DNA of 64,000 nt from Diplonema japonicum (Eukaryota; Protista; Euglenozoa: Diplonemea). The position numbers and the translations under genes were made by a program. Shown one piece after another: positions 23,957 to 36,400 of this stretch. The stretch lies in contig OZ025693.1 of the NCBI GenBank assembly GCA_964019335.1, positions 186,001 to 250,000 on the forward strand, read 5' to 3'. Each line of letters opens with the position of its first letter. Positions within the stretch are counted from its first letter, which is position 1. The notes under the pieces were generated by a model. It did no database searches. It was not told the DNA's origin and saw only the letters and a list, made by a program, of their open reading frames with translations.

Positions 23957-24512
23957 TTTTGTTTTTTTTCCTTCTTTTTTTGTTTGAAGGCAGCGGGGCC
24001 TTCCTGAAGGAGCGATGTATGCTCAACGCGGTGACTTCGCTCTAACGAAAGAAGAACACACGGACACCAAAGAAATCCTTGTCACACCACAAAAGCAAAG
24101 GCACGATACGGGGTCAAAGGAGGACTACACAACATACTAGAGATGCGAGCAAAGGGCTGTAAAATAAAAATATAGCGCGAGGGGAAAGGGTAAAGGAATC
24201 GACGTCGAGTTATCGTATTTTGTTTACTTTTTATTTCTTGACACGGAAATGGGTTACCGCGCAAAGGAAAACAAAAAAAGAAGAAAACGTAAAGACAAAC
24301 GAATGCGATCACATTGCACGGGACGGTGCCACGGGCATGTGGAGGAGGAGGGGAAGGGGGGGGGCAAAGGTTTTTGTTGCACACGTTTTGTTGCAACCAT
24401 CACAAGTCCATGTGTGCGAACATGTGATGCTTCCAACGAAATTACACCTTTGAAACAAAACGAGGAAAAGAAAACAAGATTCTCTTATAAAAAGAATAAA
24501 ACAAAAGCACTC

Positions 24513-25124
24513 TTAGTGCACGCTGTGGACGGCGTCGTTGGCGAGCCCGCACTTGTTCTCACCCATGACGATGCGGTAGTAGCCCGACTCCCCCCAGCTG
24601 GGGCCCCAGGAGTTCTTGATCTTCCAGTAGTTGACGCCGTTCTCCTCGCCGTAGCCGACAATGAGGACCGCGTGGTCCAGGCTCTCGGGGTTGCACAGCC
24701 TGGGGTTGTCGATACCCTTCTTGTAGTCCTGCATGGGCCCCGCGTTGATCCCGATCGTGATCGGGCCCACCTTCGGGAGCTGCGTCTTGATGTCCCCCTC
24801 CTCCGACGCCTTCTTCGACACCTGGAACCAGCTGCTGATGTTCGCCGCAGTGGGGTACATCCTGTCCGTGTGGCACACCCCGCCGATCCCGAACTCAGAT
24901 GTGTAAGGGTACTGCTCCTCGCTCGCGATACCCTTCTTCTTGATGATCCAAGGGAAGGCCCTCTCCTGAAGACCTCCGTCGCACCCTGCGTTGCCCCCTT
25001 CCTTGTCGCACGCCACCAGCTCCTGCTCGCTCAACGACACAAGCTTGTTCCCTCCCAAGAACCATGTCCCTTCGATGTCACCAGTTGTTCCGAAGGTCCA
25101 GCAACTCCCGCACTGACCTGTGTG

Positions 25125-25164
<40 letters not shown>

Positions 25165-25597
25165 TATATGTGTGTGTTCCCTCCCTCATACCCTGGTTCT
25201 TCACCTTGGTCACAGCCCCCAGAGGAACCCAATCGAAGTCGGTGCTGTTGTCCCCAATGTTCTTGTGGTGCGGAAACCTCTTGCAAGCGGTGCACTCCCC
25301 GTTCCACCTCGGGGCATCTTCCTCAGCCTTCTGCTGGGCCCTCCCCAGGTACAGCTGCTTGAACTCCTCGGGGGTGAGGTCACTGAACTTGGTCACCCCG
25401 TGTGCAGGGTTCCCGCTCCCCGCCACCCTCGCCAGAGACTGCTTGAAAACCCCGAACCTCCTCTCCTCCTCCGCAGCAGAGCGGTACACCTTCCCGTACA
25501 CCTGCTTGAAGGTGTCGAACTCTGCACGGGCAGCGTCACCGCTGCTTCCCATTGCGAACGCCACACACGGCAGCGCTAGGAGACTGAAGGCCTTCAT
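24513..25597 (-). CDS. Papain-family (C1A) cathepsin L/F-like cysteine protease; 2 exons (intron 25118-25191)
   Basis: Signal peptide, I29 propeptide (GVTKFSDLTPEEF), spliced KNQGQCGSCW, LDHAVLIVGYG and YWKIKNSWG. Confidence 0.95.
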
Positions 25598-25963
25598 TTT
25601 CACGGGTTCCTGGGAAGAAGATGAGATAAGTTCATTCAGGTTGGTTGAGGGGAAAAAGAAGAAACAAAAAAAAGACAACTGTTGAATGACAAGAGCGTAA
25701 TAGAATCCACATTGGAAGATAAAGAGAAAACGGATGCCTTGATAGATAGCCCCCACCCGTGGCAGGGGCCTTCCCTCTGCATGCTGTTTTCTACGTTTAA
25801 AGAAGTTGTCCGGAGGGTGGTAGGGGAGAAAGGGGAAGGGGGGCGTGTTGGTGGTGGAGAGAAGTGATGAAATGAAGAAAAGAAAAGGAACTGAAATATC
25901 AGTTCCCTTTCGTTAGATCTTCTACCCGCTCCCCCTCATCCTCTTCCTTTTTGAGGGTAAAAC

Positions 25964-27079
25964 CTACTGGGCGAGGGCGAAACCGACACGGGCGTTGGTG
26001 ACGTCGAACTCGAGGTAGTACTTCCTCATGAAGATGTCACCGAAGATCCAGACGGGGCCCATCGGGGGGGGCACGTCGATCCCCATGAAGCCGCTGAGGC
26101 AGGTGGTCTGGGCACCCTGCTGGATCTTCATGATGTAGTCGTCCTGCTTCAGGGTGAAGGTGTTCCCGAGCATGGTGAGGGTGAGGTCCGGGAGGGAGTT
26201 CTCCTTGGGGCAGGTGGTGTACTGGCACTCACCGGTGGGGCCCTCGTTGCAGCCGAGCTGCGAGTTGATCTTCTTCGCCACCTCCTTCGGGAAGGCGAGC
26301 AGGCTCGTCCCGGAGTCCATCACCGCGTGCACGTTCTTCCCGATGGACTGCCCGTTGAAGGACACGTCGTCACCGTTCAGCTGCCAGTAGCCCTTCTTCG
26401 CCACGGGGACGTACACGAAGGGGGTGCTGTGGTGAGCAGGGTTAGTCCCCCCGATCGTGAGCTCCCCGACGTGGCTCCCGTCGTTCGTGAGGTAGAAGGC
26501 GAAGCTCCCGGTCGACACCTTGTGCTGCTGCATGAGCGCGAAGAAGGGGGGCGTCACACCGTCCACCGCGATGTTGGGCCACCCCATCCCGCAGATCCCG
26601 TCGAAGTGCGCCACGTCCCAGGTGATCCCAGGCATCTTCGTCGCCTCCCCGAAGTTCAGCGTCACGTTCACCCCCGCAAGCCCCAGCACGTCCCTGTCGA
26701 TGATCCCCTCAAGGGCCCCGCTCCCGTACTGGATCGAGAACTTCGTCCCGTTCGCGACGTACGTCGCCGACTTCTCCGAGTGGTACCTGTTGTCCCCCGT
26801 CACCTTCGGCTCCGGTCCCGGCACCCACAGGTTCGAGCTCCCCGTGTCGAAGATCACCTTGAAGTGCTGCGGGGGGGTCCCCAGCGTCAGGGGCCCGTAG
26901 TACTGCGCGTTCTCAAAGTCCGTGATGGGGACAGACGGCACAGCCGCACCGTACTTCGCGCTCAGCACAGCGTGGTCCGCCGCAAGCGACTTCTGCCCAG
27001 CAGTCTTCGCGAGAGGGATGTTCATGACCGCAGAGGCGGACACAGCACCCAGCACAAGGCACAAGGCACGCGAGCTCAT
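25964..27079 (-). CDS. Pepsin-family (A1) cathepsin D-like aspartic protease
   Basis: Signal peptide, FDTGSSNLWV and MDSGTS catalytic motifs, WIFGDIFMRKYY. Confidence 0.96.
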   Translation of the reverse strand: MSSRALCLVLGAVSASAVMNIPLAKTAGQKSLAADHAVLSAKYGAAVPSVPITDFENAQYYGPLTLGTPPQHFKVIFDTGSSNLWVPGPEPKVTGDNRYHSEKSATYVANGTKFSIQYGSGALEGIIDRDVLGLAGVNVTLNFGEATKMPGITWDVAHFDGICGMGWPNIAVDGVTPPFFALMQQHKVSTGSFAFYLTNDGSHVGELTIGGTNPAHHSTPFVYVPVAKKGYWQLNGDDVSFNGQSIGKNVHAVMDSGTSLLAFPKEVAKKINSQLGCNEGPTGECQYTTCPKENSLPDLTLTMLGNTFTLKQDDYIMKIQQGAQTTCLSGFMGIDVPPPMGPVWIFGDIFMRKYYLEFDVTNARVGFALAQ

Positions 27080-27210
27080 TGTTGATAGCTTATTCCTGTG
27101 ATGGATTGGTACGCCAGCGAGACATTAACATAACAAAAGAAAAATAATCATATCTCGTCGACAATAACAACCTATCGAGGAACAACAAAAAAAAAAAGGA
27201 TTTAACGCCG

Positions 27211-28224
27211 TCAAGCGGTCAGTGTAAATGCATCCGGACAGATGTCAGAAAAGGACTGCGTCTCAAACCACTCAAGCTGCAGACGCGCAACGCTTTGCTC
27301 TCTCTGAAGGGCGTGGAATCTTTTCGCAAACACGGCCAACGTGGTATAAGTGTCGAACGACCGCTGTGCGGAACGGTGGAGGTCGGCAAAGGCGGCACCC
27401 TCCTCGACCACGAGGCTGGTCCTAAAAAGGGTTTCGTGGTACGAATAGAGGATGAGCGTCTCTGCGTTACAAGTAGCGGTGATGTCAGTTCTATCGGTTA
27501 CCTCTGCTTGCTTCACGCGGTTGATGAGGGTTTTGCGGGAGGAGTACACTTCATGAGCGGCTATGGAGGATTCGTAAGCGAGGCGTTCAATATGAGTACG
27601 GTGGTCACCTTCGGCTATCGCAACGTCAAGGCGATCGGTTTCGTTTTCGAGATTAAGGTCCGTCCTGCACCCCGCTTCAAGGTGGTGCCGCATGCTCTCT
27701 TCGTTGGTGGCGTTGCCTTGAGACAGTTCCCTGCTTATTATGAGGTTATCTAAGTCTGTTGCCTCCCTTCGCTTTACAAACCAACGACCCTCGTCTTCGC
27801 TGATCATCAATGGTGCTAAGCTTGTCTTCCATGCTGCCAACTCTTTGCTGAGTTCTTCATGTCGTGACATGTTCACCTTTTCCCGCAGAGACGCTGCAAA
27901 AGTATCGTTTTTTCGAACTGCGATAAGCTCCCTCCGCATTGTCTGGTTCACCTTTGCAGCCCATGCTTTCCCTCTTTCGCTTGCCTCGGCGCGCCCTGAA
28001 ACTTGCTCCTTGCTGCGATACGCGTCCTGTTTCATTCGGTCGGTTTTTTCCCTCTCCATTCGCCTGCTTGTGTCAACAACGGCCGTGTGAAGATGTTTCC
28101 TGTCTTCCTCTACAATCGCCCTCCTCTCATTTTCCTCCGCCGCTGCCACTGTTTCCATTGCTTGAAACGCGCTTCGTTCCGTGGCTCGCATTGTAGTTTG
28201 TAATAACTCCTCGACCTCCTCCAT
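27211..28224 (-). CDS. Hypothetical coiled-coil protein
   Basis: 337-aa ORF with E..R-rich helical periodicity. Confidence 0.7.
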   Translation of the reverse strand: MEEVEELLQTTMRATERSAFQAMETVAAAEENERRAIVEEDRKHLHTAVVDTSRRMEREKTDRMKQDAYRSKEQVSGRAEASERGKAWAAKVNQTMRRELIAVRKNDTFAASLREKVNMSRHEELSKELAAWKTSLAPLMISEDEGRWFVKRREATDLDNLIISRELSQGNATNEESMRHHLEAGCRTDLNLENETDRLDVAIAEGDHRTHIERLAYESSIAAHEVYSSRKTLINRVKQAEVTDRTDITATCNAETLILYSYHETLFRTSLVVEEGAAFADLHRSAQRSFDTYTTLAVFAKRFHALQREQSVARLQLEWFETQSFSDICPDAFTLTA

Positions 28225-28382
28225 TGTTCTTTAACCTGTCAAAAAAAAAAAACAGAAATTGAATGCAAAGATATGGGAGGTGGCGGAGAACAATTACCAA
28301 TAACACAAAAAAAAAGGGGGATACACCACTACTAACTCTATTCTAAAAGAAAAAAGAAATAAACAAAAATAGTTCAAAAGGC

Positions 28383-30555
28383 CTAAGGTTCCCGTTCACG
28401 AGAGAGGTGCATGAGTGTCTCGGACAACTGTCCATGTGTAGCGTGCCTGTGTGAATAACGGTTGTTGACGTGGATTACCTGAAGTTCTGAAGCCTTTCGA
28501 AGGACTCGATGAGGAACTGGTAGGCTATTTCTGATTTGTAGTAAGCGGGCGGCACCTGCGCAGTACACTTAATTTCTTTTTTTCCGGACCACATACCACC
28601 AGGTTTTGAATCTTCGCAAAGCGTGTGAATATGGTAGAGACAGCTTGGTACTTCCTCCAGTGTATGAGGCCCACACCGCTGTCCATCATGACAGTGGGCT
28701 CTGCTTCTTCGATGAGTTGCAGATCGGAGACCCACACTCCCAGACAGGGTATGGGTGGGTTCTTCTCTATTTCTTCGTCTGTGACGCTGTTCATGAGCTT
28801 CTTGATCTGGCTGGACGACGTGGGGTCGGCGAAGACCTTTGTCAGTGCCTCCAGTTTGTCGAGGGACTCCACCCCGCTTAGGAATCTTTTCATCCGCTGT
28901 ATGCTGGGATGCTTGAAAGCGAATATGAGTGTTTGACAAGTTTGGAAATTGTTGATTTCAAGCAGTTTGAACGCCGTCGCAATAAGCTTCTCCATCTTCG
29001 CAACACGTGTCCTGTAGTCGACCGTTGTCAACAGTTCAACGACAACCCACTCCTGCACATCCTGTGCGTGTTGGAAGAAATAGGACAGATTCTGTGCCCA
29101 TCCAACCTTGCCGTCCTCACCTGCTGACATACTAGCACGTTCTCCGCCTTGCTTGCGGGACCTGGGTGTTGTGGGGTACGTGTCAGAGACGAACGCAGAA
29201 ACACTGTGTAAGAGCTCGGGGGTCGTCACACCGTTGGAAGCTTGAAGGTTCAAGAAATGCATCTCGTTCTTCGTGAAGTCGAGCAACTCCCTAACATTAA
29301 TCCTCCGGAGGTTCTCATGATCCATCGCAGTAAGCTGAATGGCGAGCACCGTTGGAGTAACCTCGTCTGACAAAAGGATAAGCTTGCTTCGCGTCTCAAA
29401 GACCCTGTCTCGAACTGTTTTCTTTGTCTGCCGGGATTTGACAACGTTATAAAGCGCGATCTTCAATGACTCAGAAAACTGCAGGAGCTCCGTGTGAACA
29501 TGCGGGTTCGACGGGCATGGTTCGTAGAAATTGTCGTCGATGAAGATCTCCAGTGTTTGTATCATTGCGTCGTCCCAGTCTTCAGGGAACTCTCGTATCC
29601 AGTCGAGTATGATGCTCGACACACGGTATTTGATCTTGTTGCTCACCGACAGCCAGTATTTCGCGCTGGTTGCTTTTTTCGTAATGTTCATCATGATGTA
29701 ATGGTTGTAGTACCCGTCCACGAGTGGTAGGCCTTTTGGAACGTACCATCGTTGAAAAAGCTTTGCGAGTAAAGTGTGCGGTGCGCAGAAGTGTTTGTAC
29801 GTTCGGAGAAACGCTTGGACGAACTGTGCCTCGAGCTCGGAGAGCTCCTGGCGAACATTCGGCTGGTGGTACACCACCTTCGTGATCCTTTCGATCAGCT
29901 GGTTTAACGATGCAGCCCTGATCAAACCCGTACGAGCGATGTCAAGCTGCGTGTCGGCCTGCGCCGTTGTCTTAAAATGTATTTTCACAGGAGGCGACCA
30001 CATAGGCTGAAGCGCCATTTCAATGAGCTGCGTCATTGTGTCGCGATCGAAGAAATGATGCGCCGACGCTGTTAGTTTATTTGGCGTGTCTTGTAGTAGT
30101 CGGTCGATCCCAGATTCCGTGCTTGTTTTGTTCCCCAACAGCGATATCAGCGGCGATCCCGGGTACTTTGCCAGAGTTTGCGCTGACAGCGAACCTTCGT
30201 CTGCGAGGTTTTCTTGCAGGAACGCCTCTGCTGATTCGTAAAGTCCCATGGATTTCAGGTGCATCCATATGAGATGGTCCAACGGGCTGTGTTCAGGAGG
30301 TGCCGGTTTCGCCTTCCAGGGTGTTTCCCTTGGTAGTCCTTGTAGTTTTTCGATCGGGCTGTCGCCTGGTGGTGGTTCGATAATCAAGTCTGGCGGCGGT
30401 TCCCACATTTGTACTTTACCGTCGTCCGTTTCCGGGCTGGCTGCGTGGGTGTTCTCGTCCAATCTGATGGACACCCTCTGAGAGCTCCTTCTTTCGCTCC
30501 CCGGGACCACTGAGGCCAGGCTTTTTTTTACGTGTGCTTGCTTGCTTTTCATCAT
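28383..30555 (-). CDS. LisH + REM + CDC25 Ras guanine-nucleotide exchange factor; 3 exons (introns 28556-28596, 28447-28478)
   Basis: LisH LDHLIWMHLKSMGLYESAEAFLQE; REM AASLNQLIERIT/FLRTYKHF; CDC25 NNFQT, PPIPCLGVWVSDL, IHWRK; spliced end LMHLSREREP*. Confidence 0.92.
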
Positions 30556-31064
30556 TTTTTTTTCTTTTTCTTCTTTATAACATGTTGGTAGGGGTGGGTC
30601 AGTGGGTTAGTGTCTTCTTTGTTTTGTTTTGTTTTGTTTTGTTTTTTTTCCCCTCCCTCCGCCTCTTATGTTGGTGCTTGCATGTGAATTTTTTGAGGGA
30701 ATATGAATAAAAAAGTGGGAACAAACAGCACTAATATAAAAAAAATGAGGTGTTGATGATAAAGGAGAACCAGTGGAAAAAAAAGGGGGGGGGGGAAAGA
30801 TCATGACTGACAGGCGGGAAAGTGTTTAGCAACAAACACTATCAATCAAATAATATAAAAAAAAAATAAATGAAGAAAAAGAAGGACTCAAAAAAAAAAA
30901 AAACACACACACACACACCCGTCCCCCTCTGTTCCTCTTTTCTTCTCTCTTGCGGCCAAGAGAGAAAAAAGAAAATGGAGAGAAAGAGGAGAGCGGGAAA
31001 AAAAAAAAAAGATACAACATTTTTGTAAAGAAAAAAAAAAAAAAAAGGTCGTAGTTTACGTATT

Positions 31065-33041
31065 CTACTGAGAAGTAACACCAGCTTTGTGCAGTTTCTG
31101 GATATGAAAATTATAAAGGGGGGGGGAAGGGGGTAACCATACCTCAAGGTAAGCTGCCTCTGCTTTGAAGTTAGTAAAGCCAGCAAGCTTTTTCTTCTGA
31201 TCGGGCTGAAGGGTTGCCACGTCCTTGCCCTTAAGCTGGCCACACGCCTGCACCTTCTTCTTCGCAGCCCGGAGCGCCTTCTCGATTTCGGGGTACCTGT
31301 ACATGAGGTTCTTTGATACCCAACAACAAGCATACGATTTAGCAGCGAAGTCCTCGACGGGGTCCTGGGCGACTTCCACTTCCTTCTTCACTTTCTTCTC
31401 CTTCACAACTGGGGCTTCAAGGCCGACACACGCAGGCTCGGCACCTTTTTTTTTTTTTTTTTTTTTAAATAAAAGAATCCCCTCCCCGCTCCATACCCAC
31501 AACTGTATTCTTCTCAACCTTCTTTTTCTCCTCCTGTCCCCAGTTGGTGAAACTGCTGCCCACTTTGTTCGATGTGTGCTGCGTTGCGGACTTCCCAGAC
31601 TGTTTTTTTTTCTTTCCCCCCCCCCTTTTTTTCTTTCCCGCAAAAAAAATACCGTAGTCGCAGAAAGCTGGGTTTTGATGGAACCAGCAAGGCCGCGGTC
31701 TCTACCGGCTGCCCTAAATGCGGCTGCCTTAGGTGCGGGTTTCGCGGCAGTCGGGGAGAGGGATGCAGGGGAAGGGTCGCGCATCTCGAAGAACCTGGAG
31801 GAGAGGGGCCGCCAGATCACGTCGTACAGCTCGTTGTACTTCTGCTCGAAACACTTCTCACCGTTGTGCTTGAAGATGACAAGCTTGTTGGCGGTGGTCA
31901 TACGGGGATGGCAGGTGCTGCACATGATGTAACGCGAGCAAGGCGAGAACCCGTACTTCGTAACGCTGGACATATTAAATTTTCCGATCACGCCAGCAGA
32001 AGTGTTGCTGGCAGACAGCTTTTCCCTGTCGTAAACCACCACGTCACCGGGGAGGTTCCCGAACCCAGACAGCATGAAGAATCTGTTGTGAGGCGACCAG
32101 CACACGGTATTCCGCGGCGCGATGGCGAATTTGTGTAACAGCGTGCCCTTCTCGTCGTAGAGCACAGCCTCGTTGTCGGGCATCTTACCGTAGATCACGA
32201 TGAACTCTTTCCCGTTGTTGTTCCACTGAACGTCGTGGATGGGAGTTTTACCGGTGTTGATGGGGATTGTCTTTTTGGTTTGAACCTGGAAGAGAAGTAG
32301 TGTCGCTTCACCGTAGTACGACTTCCCGCTTTGATCGCTGTCAAGCTGGGCGTCGACTAGGACTGCCGTTCCCTTTTTGTTCCAGTTGGTGCTCACACTG
32401 TCGATTTTAATCTGATACTCCAAGAGGGCCTTGTCCTTCGGAGGCCTGAAGACTTTGATGACAGTCGGTACTGTGTCACGCTCCTTCTCCGAGGGAATCG
32501 AAATCGCGATGATAGATGTTGGCGAGGTGGGTGAGAGGTTAACATGTGTCCACTTCCCCGGGACTTTCAAAATGGGTTCCAATGAAACATCGTTGTAACA
32601 ATTAATTCCTTGGAATGGGTCGTATGTCACTGTTGTGTTTTCGCAGGGCGACCAGGAGATGCATGGCCATGTTGGTGCCCATGTGTGGCTTGCGAGGGTT
32701 TGCTCGGCGGTTTTGTAGATAAATAAATTTTCCTTTCTGCCTTCCATTTCCGGGGCTCTCCATACAGCGAGCCACCCGCCTTTCGGGGACAACGCCATGC
32801 CCATCACCTTCTCTGCCTCTACGGTGAACTTTGCCTTCGATGTTGCAGCATCGAACACCGTCACAATCGCCTTCTTTCTGTTGTATGTCGCAAAGGAGGT
32901 GCCCACTGCGTCGTAGACCATGTCGTCGGTGCCGATGTCACTGAAGCCGGTGTCCGTGCACGTGCCTTTGGCGAACTCCAGCACACTGCACCCTTCCCGC
33001 TCCCTCACCGCTATCACCATAGGGGGTGCCTCCGCAGCCAT
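31065..33041 (-). CDS. EIF2A: Translation initiation factor eIF2A; 5 exons (introns 31600-31652, 31445-31496, 31297-31335, 31098-31142)
   Basis: DQSGKSYYGE, PIHDVQWN, YGKMP, PRNTVCWSP, GFGNLPG; C-terminal helix with LQPDQKKKL. Confidence 0.93.
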   Translation of the reverse strand: MAAEAPPMVIAVREREGCSVLEFAKGTCTDTGFSDIGTDDMVYDAVGTSFATYNRKKAIVTVFDAATSKAKFTVEAEKVMGMALSPKGGWLAVWRAPEMEGRKENLFIYKTAEQTLASHTWAPTWPCISWSPCENTTVTYDPFQGINCYNDVSLEPILKVPGKWTHVNLSPTSPTSIIAISIPSEKERDTVPTVIKVFRPPKDKALLEYQIKIDSVSTNWNKKGTAVLVDAQLDSDQSGKSYYGEATLLLFQVQTKKTIPINTGKTPIHDVQWNNNGKEFIVIYGKMPDNEAVLYDEKGTLLHKFAIAPRNTVCWSPHNRFFMLSGFGNLPGDVVVYDREKLSASNTSAGVIGKFNMSSVTKYGFSPCSRYIMCSTCHPRMTTANKLVIFKHNGEKCFEQKYNELYDVIWRPLSSRFFEMRDPSPASLSPTAAKPAPKAAAFRAAGRDRGLAGSIKTQLSATTVFFLRERKKGGGERKKNSLGSPQRSTHRTKWAAVSPTGDRRRKRRLRRIQLWVWSGEGILLFKKKKKKKGAEPACVGLEAPVVKEKKVKKEVEVAQDPVEDFAAKSYACCWVSKNLMYRYPEIEKALRAAKKKVQACGQLKGKDVATLQPDQKKKLAGFTNFKAEAAYLEVWLPPSPPLYNFHIQKLHKAGVTSQ

Positions 33042-33275
33042 CTTGATAGCCTTTGATACATATATATTTTTTTTTCTTTTGCGGGAAAAGGGGGCAATAG
33101 AAGGGGGAAAAGTAAACAACTAAGATGGAGAAAAAAAAAGAAATTGAAACCAACACGAATACATACACGATGTAGGAGGGGGGTGAGGGGGGGGGGGGGG
33201 GGGGGGTGGAAGATAGATTATCAATTTCATGCTTTCCTTCCCCCCCCCCCCCTTTTTCTTTTTTTGCACATGTTA

Positions 33276-33389
33276 TCAAAGTAATGGGCGGGCAGCACTG
33301 GTTGAATCGGTGGAATAGCTAGGGTCACTTAGCGGGATCTGCTCCGGAGTCCTGCGCTCTGGGGTCCTCGGGTGCACTTCAGGGGTCGC

Positions 33390-33435
<46 letters not shown>

Positions 33436-36400
33436 AACTTCCCCGTACCTTGAACGGCGTCGACGAGGCGACGAAGGATCCGACAGGAGCAACGCCAGGT
33501 TCCAATGAAACTCGTCATCGGAAGCATGGATCTCAGGACTCTGCCCAACAACAGTGGTGCCCTGATGATTATGATATTATTGTATTTCCCCTCCCTTTCA
33601 TACTTCCTCCAAATCCTCGTCTTCTTCCTCTATTTCCTCCAAGATCTGGAATTGAGGGCTTGTCTTCAGGTAACTGAAGAAAGATTTAACCTGGTGTTCG
33701 TAATAGCCTGATATAGCGATCACTACGCTGTCGGAGGCGATGTACTTCGAAAGAAGTTTTTTCTTTTCGGAGCTGAGCCGTGACGCGAAAAGACGTGCGT
33801 CGAATCCGTCAAAGGAGGTCGCGACCCTCTCAGGCTCCAGTCGGATGTAGTTCTTGATCGACGCGATCGCTTCGTTCCGTTCACGCTTAGCCTGATCGGT
33901 CTCGAGGTATTTCTTCCGTTTGCCTTCAGTGCTCATGGTGCCAATGCTGCCCCTACCGCACGCATATAACATCATGGACCTTTCCAGCATTTGAAAGAAC
34001 GCCCCTGCGTATGTTGTGCGGATCAACATGTAGAACCCTGATATCAACAGTTTGAACTGTTGTAGAGTCAGCCCCGTGAGGCAGCTCGTCACCGTTGCCA
34101 AGGGGCCATCGTCGAACTCCTCAAGAAGTTTGATGATGTGGTCCTTCGTCGGTGTGACGATCATGGTTTTGTTTTGCACTGTGATGCTGATCACTGCTAG
34201 TTCGGTTCCCTCGGTCTCACCGTCTTGGGGTGGTTTGAACCCAAGCCTGCCGGACCACAGAATGCGGAGTAACAACGGAAATAAACAGTGTCGTGGACGT
34301 GAACCCTTTACGATCTCTTTCAATGAGAAGGACGACAGGTCGCTGGCAAGCTTGAGGAACAACCGGTACCCGATACTGATTTTGAACTCTGCGAGGAGGA
34401 AATGCACTACCTGGTTCAGCCTGTTCTTTCCCTTGAAGATTCTTCGTAGAGCGTCGACGAGCTTTGTGTTGTGGTGTTCGTCGCAAACTTCCTCGACGGT
34501 GGCACGAAGTTCATCGCAGACGTCCACACCGGGATCGCAGACTTTTCCCGTCTTGTCGGAAGTTTTCACGGGCAGGACAACACGTTTTTTCAACCTGCTT
34601 AGTACGATGTCAGCTGTTTCGTCAGTGATGTCAGACATGTGAAGAACTTTTCTATGGTCGTTCATCAAAAGGTTCGTCATGCATATTACAAACCTCTGTC
34701 TGACCTTGGGAAGCATGAATGTTGAGTCGAATATGTGGTACATTTCCTCGGTGGGGATGTCCTTTGATGCGGCTTCGAAGATGTTCGCGATGACCTTCTC
34801 GCCCGCCAGCATTCTGATCTGCTCGATCAGCAAGCGTAGTTCCTGGCCGGAGAGAGACGACGTGAGTCGGAGCAGCTGTTCGTCATTTGTCGCAGCTTGT
34901 TTGAACGCCGCTTCGCTCTCATAGTCGATGGCGAGTACTTCGTCTTGAAGAGTGATGCAATGCGACACGAATCTATCTACCATTTGATCGCCCCAATCGC
35001 ACAGCCCTGCTTCTTTGAAACTATCGTTGCTTTCCTCGTTCAGATTTTCCACGGCTTTGTCGAAAACGCGTTTGTTGAACGTTGCAGCTGTGTGAGCCTG
35101 CAGCCTCAAGATGAGCTCCTGAAGTTGCGGTTGGTCCAGCGCAGCGCATTTTGTGACGAGGCTCTTGTACCCCAGCACCCCTGCGATCCAATCCTTGCTC
35201 TTTTTGTGGATGTTGACTCCTTTGAAATCCTTGACTCTTGCCATAAGCTTCTCTTTGTCTTCATAGTCAAAGATCATATCAACGTCAAAGCTTACAATAT
35301 CGTCAGCGACTGAATCGAAGACTCTACCGGCGTAAGAGTTGCTGTATGCTGCCTTGATGCCAGACATGACCATGCGGATTCCTTCCGCATCGCAGAGTTT
35401 AAGGTCTTGGATGAGTTTGGAGTCGGACCCTATGGTGTTTTGTATTCTCTTCAGGATGGCTGATTTCGACATGTTGTTGACCTCGTGTTGCAGGAATTGT
35501 TTCGACACGCATGAGAATTTCTGCCTGTTGTTGAACGCGTGAAGCATCACCTCCAACGACGGGAAGTTGCTCAGCTTGTTCATCATAGTGTTCTTTGCTG
35601 TTCTTGCCGTCCTTGTCGCGCTTTCCAATGCCCCTAAAGATGGTATCTTATGAAGCTCGTCGGGCGTGTCCATCCATTGATCCAACATTCGTTTTCCGAG
35701 CGTTCCCTTCTTCAGCCTGCCGATGAGCGCGGTGACTTGGGAGTGGGATTTGTCCTTAAATGCCGCGCCGACCTCGTCAGGGAAAACAGCTAGCAGCTCA
35801 TCCTTGTCGAGGAAATGTTCCGGGAACTCGCCGGTTACTTGGTTCACCTTTGCAAGCACCATGCATCTTAAATCATCGTCGTCACCAAGAACAAGGTCAA
35901 GGTCCATGTCGCAGGTTGTGTCTTGGACAGACTTCATGAGCTCCAAGGTAGGGCTGCTTTCGATGAAGAATTTGCTTGAGCGTTTGAGGATGCTTCGTAC
36001 CTTGCTCTCGCTCAGGCTTGTCAGCGTGTTGCGCATTGTCTTGCAGGAACATGCTGCGATGATGTTCTCTATTTCACAATTTTGCGGCAGCGATCCCAGC
36101 TTTCGCATCTCCGAAATGAACACGTCCACCTGGTCCCTCGACTCCACAAAGTCCAAGGCGTTCAGCCCCAACTTGTCCAACGCTTCTTCAAACTGTGTGA
36201 ACAGTTCCGTGAAGCACATCTTTCCGATTCCTTCCATTGCTATCCTGTACGGGATGTCGTTCATCTGTTTCTTAAACTGCCTCCCGCAACCCTTTGCGAT
36301 TCCTAGAAGGTCTTGGTAGCTCATCTGCCAAGGATCCTTCCCGGTGCCCTTCACCTCCAACATCGAGAGGAATTGCTTTCTTTTCCCGACGTCCTTGATG

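Noticed and set aside
24249-27085. Long + strand ORFs (478 aa, 252 aa) over the proteases
   Set aside because: Antisense shadows caused by high GC3; no motifs.
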